DNA of 64,000 bases from Pelagibacteraceae bacterium (lineage in GTDB: Bacteria; Pseudomonadota; Alphaproteobacteria; HIMB59; GCA-002718135), in assembly GCA_002717485.1 (NCBI GenBank), contig PBDW01000003.1, positions 5,315-69,314 on the forward strand, read 5' to 3'. Of the stretch, positions 18,313 through 26,146 are shown one piece after another; within the stretch, counting starts at the first letter, position 1; every line of letters starts with the position of its first letter. The notes below the pieces were generated by a model, which worked only from the letters and a program-made list of their open reading frames with translations, did no database searches and had not been told where the DNA came from. The translations under genes and the position numbers were made by a program.

Positions 18313-19404
18313 TTATTTAGGAAAGTCTAAAGCCCTTATATCTTCAGCTAACCAGCTTACATTTATTGTATCGTTCTTGGAAAAGTTCACTGATCCTTCG
18401 TTGCTAACTTTAACAATAAATTCTTCGTTTCCACATACATTAAGTCTTACTCTTATATGATCTCCTAAATATATCAGTTCTCGAACCTGACCTTTAAAAT
18501 TATTTTGAAATGTTGAATCTTTGGCATTTATAACTACCCTTTCTGGTCTAACAGAAAGTTGTGTTTTTTGACCCTGGTTCTCAACATTAACCTTTAGAGC
18601 TTGCAGTTTTTCACCATTATCTAAATCTACATGACATATCGATCCTTCAATTTTATTTATAACACCATTAAATCTGTTATTTTCTCCTATAAATTGTGCA
18701 ACGAACGCATTCTCAGGTTTTTCGTATAAAATATCAGGAGTAGATAATTGTTGAACAACGCCATCATCAAAAACAGCTATTCGATTAGACATTGTTAATG
18801 CTTCACTTTGATCGTGGGTTACGTAGACAACTGTAATGTTAATACGTTCATGAATGTGCTTTATTTCGTATTGCATCTGCTCACGTAAATTTTTATCAAG
18901 AGCTCCAAGCGGTTCGTCCATTAAAACTAATCGTGGCTCAAAAACTAAAGCTCTTGCTAAAGCTACACGTTGTTGCTGACCTCCTGAAAGTTGCGCGGGG
19001 AATCTTGTTCCAAAATTTCCTAACTCAACCATATCCAGTGCTTTATTTACTTTGTCTTTAATTTCTGACTTTGGTATTTTTCTTACCTCTAAAGGAAAAG
19101 CTAAGTTTTCTTGAACTGTCATATGTGGAAATAATGCATAGTTTTGAAACACCATACCTATCTCTCTTTCATATGGAGGAATTTTACTGATTGGTTTTCC
19201 TTCTAGGAATATTTCTCCATTAGTAGGAGTTTCAAAACCTGCTAACATCATTAAAGTTGTTGTTTTACCAGACCCTGAAGGCCCAAGCATAGTAACAAAT
19301 TCCCCTTTTTGAATATTAAGATTTAGATTTTTTACAACTAATACTTCTCCATCATAGCTTTTGTCAATTTTATCAAACCTTACAAAACCATTTTCTAATT
19401 CCAA
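18313..19404 (-). CDS. ABC transporter ATP-binding protein (PotA-like)
   Basis: Walker A GPSGSGKTT, signature LSGGQQQRV, Walker B LVLMDEPLGALD. The ORF track extends to 19449, which is itself a TTG. I prefer the TTG at 19404..19402 because GGGAGG (19416..19411) lies 6 nt upstream, and the extra 15 residues (MKNKVKCLFFFGRIN) are not ABC-like. Confidence 0.85.
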   Translation of the reverse strand: MELENGFVRFDKIDKSYDGEVLVVKNLNLNIQKGEFVTMLGPSGSGKTTTLMMLAGFETPTNGEIFLEGKPISKIPPYEREIGMVFQNYALFPHMTVQENLAFPLEVRKIPKSEIKDKVNKALDMVELGNFGTRFPAQLSGGQQQRVALARALVFEPRLVLMDEPLGALDKNLREQMQYEIKHIHERINITVVYVTHDQSEALTMSNRIAVFDDGVVQQLSTPDILYEKPENAFVAQFIGENNRFNGVINKIEGSICHVDLDNGEKLQALKVNVENQGQKTQLSVRPERVVINAKDSTFQNNFKGQVRELIYLGDHIRVRLNVCGNEEFIVKVSNEGSVNFSKNDTINVSWLAEDIRALDFPK

Positions 19405-19497
19405 ATTAATCCTCCCAAAAAAAAATAGACATTTGACTTTATTTTTCAAAATGTCTAGTTGGTTATTGTTTTATATATCTATTGTTTTTGGTGATCA

Positions 19498-20355
19498 ATG
19501 AATTTTAATGGAATTATTTTTGCCTTAATAGCAGCCACTTTATTTGGATTGATCCCAAGTACTACAAAAATATCATACTTATTGGGGGCAAATCCACCTT
19601 TAGCCATTATTTTTCGATACCTCTTGGCCATATTAATCATTATACTTCCACTTATATCGATCAAAAATCAATTTAAACAAATTAGTGGGAATCTCAAAGG
19701 ATTGGTATCAATTTCAATAGGCTCGATCCTTCTGACTCTTGGCCTCTTGACCTCGGTTATATATATACCTGTTAGCTTAGTTGCACTAATATTTTATACC
19801 TATCCTTTAATAGTGTTGGTATGGTCTTTTATAAATGGATCCCAGTTAAGCAAGTTCCAATCAATAGGTTTTTTTAGTGCATTCATAGGCCTAGGAATCG
19901 CATTAGGTCCAAGTTTTAATAATTTAAATTTCATTGGAATTTCTTTAGCCTTTTTGGCAGCTATCGGAGCCTCAACAGTCTTAATAGTGAATGAAAAATT
20001 AGCACAATCTCTTCATCCAATAGTAATTAATGCTTTTGTAAATTTTTTCTGTTTATTTATTAGTAGCATATTAATTTTTATTTATTTTGATATTAATTTG
20101 CCTAAAGATTTTAACGGTTGGTATTATATTTTATTTGCTTCATTTTGTTACTGTGCAGCTTTTTATTCTCAATTACTAGCCGTAAAAAGCATAGGTTCAA
20201 CACGTACTTCGTTATTATTATATGGAGAGCCAATAATAGCAATAATTTCAGCAATAATATTATTAGACGAATCCTTGACTGGAGTTCAGTTGTTTGGAGC
20301 AGCTATTGTAATATTCTCATTAGTTATAACTTCAAGAAAATATAATTTAGTTTAA
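19498..20355 (+). CDS. DMT-superfamily (EamA-like) transporter
   Basis: 285 aa, about 10 TM segments in two EamA-like halves. Confidence 0.8.
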   Translation: MNFNGIIFALIAATLFGLIPSTTKISYLLGANPPLAIIFRYLLAILIIILPLISIKNQFKQISGNLKGLVSISIGSILLTLGLLTSVIYIPVSLVALIFYTYPLIVLVWSFINGSQLSKFQSIGFFSAFIGLGIALGPSFNNLNFIGISLAFLAAIGASTVLIVNEKLAQSLHPIVINAFVNFFCLFISSILIFIYFDINLPKDFNGWYYILFASFCYCAAFYSQLLAVKSIGSTRTSLLLYGEPIIAIISAIILLDESLTGVQLFGAAIVIFSLVITSRKYNLV

Positions 20356-21341
20356 CTAAAATTTTTTTGCATAAAATTAAACCAATTTAAACCTAAAATT
20401 TTAAATATGTCCTTTTCACTCAAACCAATCTTATCAAGACCATGATAAATATTAACAATATCGCTGCTTTTCTTAAACCAAGGAGGTTGTTTTGGCCAAC
20501 TTGAATTTTTATTGCTAGATTCTCCATAATTTATTTCTTTAGTCCACTTTCCATTCCGCATCCACATTACAACATCATCACTCCAATTCTTACAGAGATC
20601 ACTACCTATGCCAATATGATCAATGCCTATCAGATTTATTAAATCCTTTATCATTTCACAAAAATCTTCTAATTTACAATTACTGTGATCCTTTAAATGA
20701 TAAGGGTATAAGCTTAATCCTATAAATCCGTCTTTGCTTGCAAGTTCTTTGAGAATGACATCTTCGATATTTCTTTTTGATTTATGAAAAAAAGTTGGAT
20801 TGGCATGAGAAATTGCTACAGGCTTTGAAGACAATGCAATGGCATCTAAACATGTTTTTTTTCCAGCATGACTCAAATCAATTATCATTCCTAAACGATT
20901 CATTTCCTTAATAACTTCTTTACCAAATCTGCTAACACCAGAATCATTTTCTTCAAAACATCCTCCGCCTAAAGCAGTTTGATTATTATAAGTTAATTGC
21001 ATAAATCTTAATCCTTTTAAAAAGAAATCTTCAACTAAAAAAATATTATTAGCTATTGGTGCCGAATTCTGGAATCCAAATATTATTGCTAGTTTATTTT
21101 CTTTTTTTGCCTTTAAAATATCGCTAGTACAAGTTGCATGGCACAAAATATCATTATTATTATTAATTATTTTATGCCAATCTTGAATTTTTTGAAAAGA
21201 TTCTTCGGTATTTTCCCAATATACCAATGTAGCATGTATAGCAGTTAAGCCACCATTTAAAGCATCTTCGAATAAATCCCTGTTCCAATTGCAATATTGC
21301 AATCCATCAATAATTATTTGATTTTTAAAAGGATTATTCAT
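20352..21341 (-). CDS. M19 (renal/membrane dipeptidase) family homologue with substituted zinc ligands
   Basis: 329 aa. Collinear with recalled DPEP1 blocks: IIDGLQYCNW (vs IDGHNDLPW), IIFGFQNS (vs LIGVEGGH), FGKEVIKEMNRLGMIIDLSHAG, PVAISHANP, IGIGSDL. Confidence 0.8.
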   Translation of the reverse strand: MNNPFKNQIIIDGLQYCNWNRDLFEDALNGGLTAIHATLVYWENTEESFQKIQDWHKIINNNNDILCHATCTSDILKAKKENKLAIIFGFQNSAPIANNIFLVEDFFLKGLRFMQLTYNNQTALGGGCFEENDSGVSRFGKEVIKEMNRLGMIIDLSHAGKKTCLDAIALSSKPVAISHANPTFFHKSKRNIEDVILKELASKDGFIGLSLYPYHLKDHSNCKLEDFCEMIKDLINLIGIDHIGIGSDLCKNWSDDVVMWMRNGKWTKEINYGESSNKNSSWPKQPPWFKKSSDIVNIYHGLDKIGLSEKDIFKILGLNWFNFMQKNFS

Positions 21342-21376
21342 TTTTTTTTTTTGAAATAATATTATTACATATATAT

Positions 21377-23095
21377 ATGTTTTATAATACTATGATGAAA
21401 AAAACATCTCATATTAATAAAAAAACAACATTAAAGGATATAATGACCTTGGAGAGAATGGGGGCAAGATATCCATCTCGCTTAAGTTTTTCAAGAAGTA
21501 TGTTAAGGGCTATGGTAAGGGAAAAATGGCGTATCAAAACAGTTATATTTGATTTAGACAAAGAGGGTTATGGTAGTGTCGTATATGAGGTAACAACACC
21601 AAAGCAAATCTATTCCTTATTATGTTTTTCACAATATCTTGATGATAAAGAAAGAAGTGATAGAGTTATTGCTGATAAATGGGATACAGCTTATACCTTA
21701 CACATTGGAAAGATATCTAAGTTAGAATTTAAAAGACTTAAGAAAAACATACCTCTCCAAGAAGCAGGAAGAAATTCGCCCAAAGAACTAATATTAAGCA
21801 GAGCAAATAAAAGTGTTAGACTTTTTGAAAAAGTAGTTGATTGCTTATCAAAAGGTAATCAGCCAGATATCAATGATTTCAATAAAGTTGGATACCTATT
21901 GAGAACAACGGCAGTTTACGGTAGTGGAAAATTTGGACTTTCTGACTTTTCAAGAACTAAAGTTGTAACTAATTTTAATCAGCCCTTTAGGGCTGAAATG
22001 CTAGCTGTATATATAATTCGTGAATTTAGCATACATCTTGTTGAACACATAGCTTACAACAGAAACCCAAAGAAGGCTGTAAAAATTAAAAACAAGATAA
22101 AGCAACACCTTGGTATAGGGAACTCTACGGGATTAGGTATGGCTCCCTTTATAATTAAGCATCCAAAACTTATCCATAAATGGATTAGACAATTTGAAAA
22201 AACATTAATGAAAATTAAAATTATTAAATCAATTAAAAATTCTTCATTTAATAAATTTATTATATTGCTAGAAAAATCTAAAACCTATTTAAGCGAAGTA
22301 GATACAAATGATAAAATTCAAAAAATTAAAAATAAGAAAACATTAGAAGATTTAATATTGATAATTAAACACTGTAAAAAAATTAGAAAAAATTCTTTAA
22401 ATAATTTTAATTGGGCAAAATTAATCAAATATGCTGAAAAAAATTATTGCTACGATCTTCAAGAAATAGTAAAAGTTCAAATAATTGAATTATATCCTAA
22501 TATTGCTGACAAACTTGCGGAGGATATGTCAATGGGCGATGATCAATATATCAAGCATAATATGCTGGTATCTGATTTATTGAATATAATTAGAAAAAAT
22601 TATGATTGGGCCTTAAAAACAAATTTTAAAACCAAAATAAACACTTACTTATTTTGGTATGTGTCTAAGGAAAAATTGGAACCCAGACTGGGCGAAAGAT
22701 ATAATGAAAAAGGCTCCGAATTAGAGCAGCCACTTGGGATTGGTAGGATGGTTAATGAATTATATGAATTTATTAATAAGAAAAATAAAAAAATACTCAA
22801 ATTAAATATTATTAAATTTCTAATTTTATATCCCCAATTTAGAGGAATTATTAGACGTATTCAAACCCTAAGTGATTATAAATATGGAGAAGTAAAAGAC
22901 AATATCCTCCACAAAAATGTTCTCCCAATTGATATGTTAAGATTTAAATTATCATTTTTTGGCGCATCGCGCTATGACCCCAAATCAGATAGGTGGCTAA
23001 GAGTCAGTTTTTTTGCAGGCGCGCCTTATTATCAAAACCTTAACAAAAAAAATGTTGAACAATGGGGTTTTTCAACAATGAATTCTTATAAATAA
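21377..23095 (+). CDS. Hypothetical protein, 572 aa, no family recognised
   Basis: Long uninterrupted ORF in a gene-dense region. No TM segment, signal peptide or cofactor motif found. Alternative starts at 21392 and 21395. 35 nt divergent from the M19 gene. Confidence 0.6.
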   Translation: MFYNTMMKKTSHINKKTTLKDIMTLERMGARYPSRLSFSRSMLRAMVREKWRIKTVIFDLDKEGYGSVVYEVTTPKQIYSLLCFSQYLDDKERSDRVIADKWDTAYTLHIGKISKLEFKRLKKNIPLQEAGRNSPKELILSRANKSVRLFEKVVDCLSKGNQPDINDFNKVGYLLRTTAVYGSGKFGLSDFSRTKVVTNFNQPFRAEMLAVYIIREFSIHLVEHIAYNRNPKKAVKIKNKIKQHLGIGNSTGLGMAPFIIKHPKLIHKWIRQFEKTLMKIKIIKSIKNSSFNKFIILLEKSKTYLSEVDTNDKIQKIKNKKTLEDLILIIKHCKKIRKNSLNNFNWAKLIKYAEKNYCYDLQEIVKVQIIELYPNIADKLAEDMSMGDDQYIKHNMLVSDLLNIIRKNYDWALKTNFKTKINTYLFWYVSKEKLEPRLGERYNEKGSELEQPLGIGRMVNELYEFINKKNKKILKLNIIKFLILYPQFRGIIRRIQTLSDYKYGEVKDNILHKNVLPIDMLRFKLSFFGASRYDPKSDRWLRVSFFAGAPYYQNLNKKNVEQWGFSTMNSYK

Positions 23096-23102
23096 AATTA
23101 AA

Positions 23103-23810
23103 GTGTCATTTTCTTATTACGAAATTTATACAACATGTTTAAGAGCGTTATCAGCAATTGGGTTTCCTTATGGAGCTGATGAGGACGCTGCTTTTATAGT
23201 TTCGTGGCTAGAGCTTAATAGATTGAATGGTTTAAAAAATTTAGTTAGCTTATTAAGAAAAAAAAATAGAAAATATAATGGAACGCTTAATACGAAAAAT
23301 CTTTTTATTAAAAATAAGATTAATATTAAAAAATCATCATTATTAATGAAGGGACCAGGTCTTTTTGACTTATTAGGTCAAAGATTTATAAAAAAAAATA
23401 ATGATCAATATATAATTGAGAATTGCATAGATCCAATATTTGTAATCCCATTAGCAGAAAGACTTTGTAAAAATAATATATATCTTAATTCATATTGGTT
23501 AGAACAAAATTTTTTAATTGAAGCAAGAAGTAGCGTAGATAATACTATTATAAAAAGAAGCAAAAGAATTTCTGGTATAAAGAAAAATCAAATAATATTG
23601 GAATTATCAAAAAAAAGATTGCTCTCTAAACTAAATACAAAAATATATTCAATGATTAATAAAAGAAGTACTCAAAAAAGACTTGGTGAGGCAATAAGCC
23701 CAAACATCAAAAATTGGAAGATTGTATCATCTTTTGCAGATAAAAGCTTTGTTCCAGAATCAAAAGAATCTAGGAAAAAAGGTGCAGGAGGTGGTGATGA
23801 TAATGATTAA
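23103..23810 (+). CDS. Hypothetical protein, 235 aa (possibly DUF3726-like; memory only)
   Basis: GTG start 7 nt after the previous stop, with no in-frame ATG nearby. N-terminus SFSYYEIYTTCLRALSAIGFPYGADEDAAFIVSWLELNRLNGL. Basic K/N-rich remainder and an acidic tail GAGGGDDND. Confidence 0.5.
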   Translation: MSFSYYEIYTTCLRALSAIGFPYGADEDAAFIVSWLELNRLNGLKNLVSLLRKKNRKYNGTLNTKNLFIKNKINIKKSSLLMKGPGLFDLLGQRFIKKNNDQYIIENCIDPIFVIPLAERLCKNNIYLNSYWLEQNFLIEARSSVDNTIIKRSKRISGIKKNQIILELSKKRLLSKLNTKIYSMINKRSTQKRLGEAISPNIKNWKIVSSFADKSFVPESKESRKKGAGGGDDND

Positions 23811-23815
23811 ATTTA

Positions 23816-24940
23816 TTATTTATTCCTTAAAAAAGGCAACTTACAAATCCTAACTTCAAGAGATTGATTATTGATTTTTAAATTATAACCTTTAACAATA
23901 TCTTGTTTTCTTCGTTCTATTAAAGCAAGGCCGATATTTTTCTTTAACCTAGGAGAATAAACACTTGAGGTTATTTTTCCAATAGACTTTTGATCAAAAT
24001 ACATTGGAAGGTGATCTCCTACATAATCTAAGAATGGATCTCCGAGTATTTCTATACCTACCAGTTCTTTTTTTGCACCATTTTTATTTATTTTAATTAA
24101 AGCATTTTTTGCTAAAAATTCATGTTTTTTTTCTAAATTAACAAATTTATCAAAATTTAAATCATATGGATTTTCTTCTAAAGTCATATCACTGCCATAA
24201 GACAACATACCGCATTCAATTCTACAAATTTGGTTAGGTGCAGCTGGGGCTATTTTAAATTCCTTACCGGCATCCATAAAAATTTCCCATAATTTATTTC
24301 CCAATTTTCCATCTCTTAAATAAACTTCATACCCCGCTTCTCCACTCCAACCACTTCTTGCAAGAACTACAGGAATTTTATTAATTTCTATCTCCTTAAA
24401 ATAAAAGAACTTTAAATCTTTAGCCCAGCTTCCAACTATTTTCTCCATTACTTGGGGCGCTTTTGGACCTTGAAGTGCCAAAGGAGAAACATCCGGCTCT
24501 ATAATTTTAACATCAAAGTCTTTTGAAGATGCTATGCCCTTACACCAAAGTAAAACATCGCTATCAGCTATTGATAACCAATAATGATTATTTGCTAACT
24601 TTAAGAGTACTGGATCATTTACCACACCGCCATTTTTTTCTGTAAGCAAAATATACATACACTGTCCTACTTTGCATTGTGAAATATCTCTTGGTGTAAT
24701 GTATTCAATGAATATTTCGGCATCCTTACCAGTAATTTCAACTTGACGCTCTCCCCCAACATCCCAGATTGTAACATCATTTGCAAGTGATAAATAATCA
24801 TCCAAATATGATTTATAATATGTCGGCATAAACATTTTATTGTAAACGGTAAATCCTTTAACGCCCCACTTCATTGTTGATTCAAAAAAAGGCGACTTTC
24901 TTATTCTTGTTCCAAAAGTGATTTCAGGATTTGTATTCAT
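23816..24940 (-). CDS. GcvT-family aminomethyltransferase (tetrahydrofolate-dependent demethylase), DmdA-like
   Basis: 374 aa. Blocks: RIRKSPFFE, FTVYNKMFMPTYY, IWDVGGERQVEITGKDA, NDPVLLKL..HYWLSIADSDVLLW, EPDVSPLALQGPKA, ARSGWSGEAGYEVY, IECGMLSYGSDM. The family call is firm. DMSP specificity is inference. Confidence 0.8.
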   Translation of the reverse strand: MNTNPEITFGTRIRKSPFFESTMKWGVKGFTVYNKMFMPTYYKSYLDDYLSLANDVTIWDVGGERQVEITGKDAEIFIEYITPRDISQCKVGQCMYILLTEKNGGVVNDPVLLKLANNHYWLSIADSDVLLWCKGIASSKDFDVKIIEPDVSPLALQGPKAPQVMEKIVGSWAKDLKFFYFKEIEINKIPVVLARSGWSGEAGYEVYLRDGKLGNKLWEIFMDAGKEFKIAPAAPNQICRIECGMLSYGSDMTLEENPYDLNFDKFVNLEKKHEFLAKNALIKINKNGAKKELVGIEILGDPFLDYVGDHLPMYFDQKSIGKITSSVYSPRLKKNIGLALIERRKQDIVKGYNLKINNQSLEVRICKLPFLRNK

Positions 24941-24954
24941 AATTTATATTATAT

Positions 24955-26127
24955 TTAAACTATATAGAGTCCGCGAGAAAAATTACAAAAAAGTTCGCAT
25001 CCCTTTTCAGTTACACGAATTGATTCGCTTATTTCAATACCCCACTTGTCCATCCACATACCGGCCATAAGATGAAATGTCACATTGGGTTTTAATTCTG
25101 TCATATCATTTTTTCTTATACTTAGAGTATGCTCTCCCCAATCAGGGGGATATCCAACACCAATTGAATATCCCGCTCTAGATTCTTTTTCTAATCCATA
25201 TTTACTTAACACATCCCAAAATGCCACTGCGACGTCATGTGCTGTATTCCCTGGTTTTGTATTTTTAATTGCATTTTCAATACTTTCATTAGTAATTTTC
25301 ATTGTATCCTGAATCTTTTCATCTGGCTTTCCAATAAATACCGTCCGAGCCATTGGACAATGATAACGATTTTTAACCCCACCTAATTCAATAATCGTAC
25401 CTTCATTGTTGGAAAATTTCTTATCTGATGGTGTTAAGTGAGCCGCAGATGCCGCGCTACCACTAGCTAGAATTATTGTTAATCCAGAATACTCACCGCC
25501 CATATTTTTATCACCAGAAATTAAAGTTTGGTGTATATTTCCAGATACTTCGCTCTGCCTAATCCCTGGTTTTATGGAATCATACGCCCTTTGCATACCA
25601 AGTTCGACCAATTTTCCTGCTTGTTTCATATATAGAATTTCTTTTTCAGATTTTACTAGGCGTATCCAATTTACTAATAGATAAGCATTGTGAAAATTTG
25701 CATTAGGGCACTGACTGACTAATCTATTATGTGATTCGGCTGTATAATAATAACTATCCATTTCTACACCAATGTTTTTATTATCTAAATTTTTTTTCTG
25801 CAAAAAACTTGTTAAATCGTCAAACGGATGACTTGGTGGGGACTGAATTAACTTTTCAGCATAACCTATAATGTTATTATTTTCTAAATAAGTAGTAATT
25901 CTAGCTCCATTAGCGTCTTGTTTTCTACCAAACCAAATAGGACTATCATCACTAAGACTTACAATTAGGGCTTGCGGTACATAAAAGGACCAAGCATCAT
26001 AACCTGTTAGATAATACATATTTGATGGATCACATAAAATAAGAACATCTAGGCCCCTATTTGACATTTCTAATTTTGTTTTATTAACTCTTTCTTTGAA
26101 TTCTTCTTGGCTAAAATTCATAATCAT
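24955..26127 (-). CDS. M24-fold hydrolase of the creatinase / ectoine-hydrolase (DoeA)-like subgroup (canonical di-metal ligands mostly substituted)
   Basis: 390 aa. Creatinase/prolidase N-domain plus pita-bread C-domain. IIELGGVKNRYHCPMARTVF aligns to FDTDMVGPYGYCADISRTF of the other M24 paralogue, but without the Asp ligands. Contains GYSIGVGYPPDWGEH. Confidence 0.75.
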   Translation of the reverse strand: MIMNFSQEEFKERVNKTKLEMSNRGLDVLILCDPSNMYYLTGYDAWSFYVPQALIVSLSDDSPIWFGRKQDANGARITTYLENNNIIGYAEKLIQSPPSHPFDDLTSFLQKKNLDNKNIGVEMDSYYYTAESHNRLVSQCPNANFHNAYLLVNWIRLVKSEKEILYMKQAGKLVELGMQRAYDSIKPGIRQSEVSGNIHQTLISGDKNMGGEYSGLTIILASGSAASAAHLTPSDKKFSNNEGTIIELGGVKNRYHCPMARTVFIGKPDEKIQDTMKITNESIENAIKNTKPGNTAHDVAVAFWDVLSKYGLEKESRAGYSIGVGYPPDWGEHTLSIRKNDMTELKPNVTFHLMAGMWMDKWGIEISESIRVTEKGCELFCNFSRGLYIV

Positions 26128-26146
26128 ACTTGCTAGTGATCAGTTG

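Noticed and set aside
19479-19664. Minus-strand 61-aa ORF overlapping the start of the EamA transporter gene.
   Set aside because: It is antisense to a well-supported membrane protein gene, with no motif or SD.
21341-21352. T12 homopolymer in the 35-nt divergent spacer between the M19 gene and the 572-aa ORF, considered as a possible phase-variation tract.
   Set aside because: Homopolymeric A/T runs are common in DNA this AT-rich. It lies outside both coding frames except for the last base of the ATG complement. There is no evidence of length variation from a single sequence.
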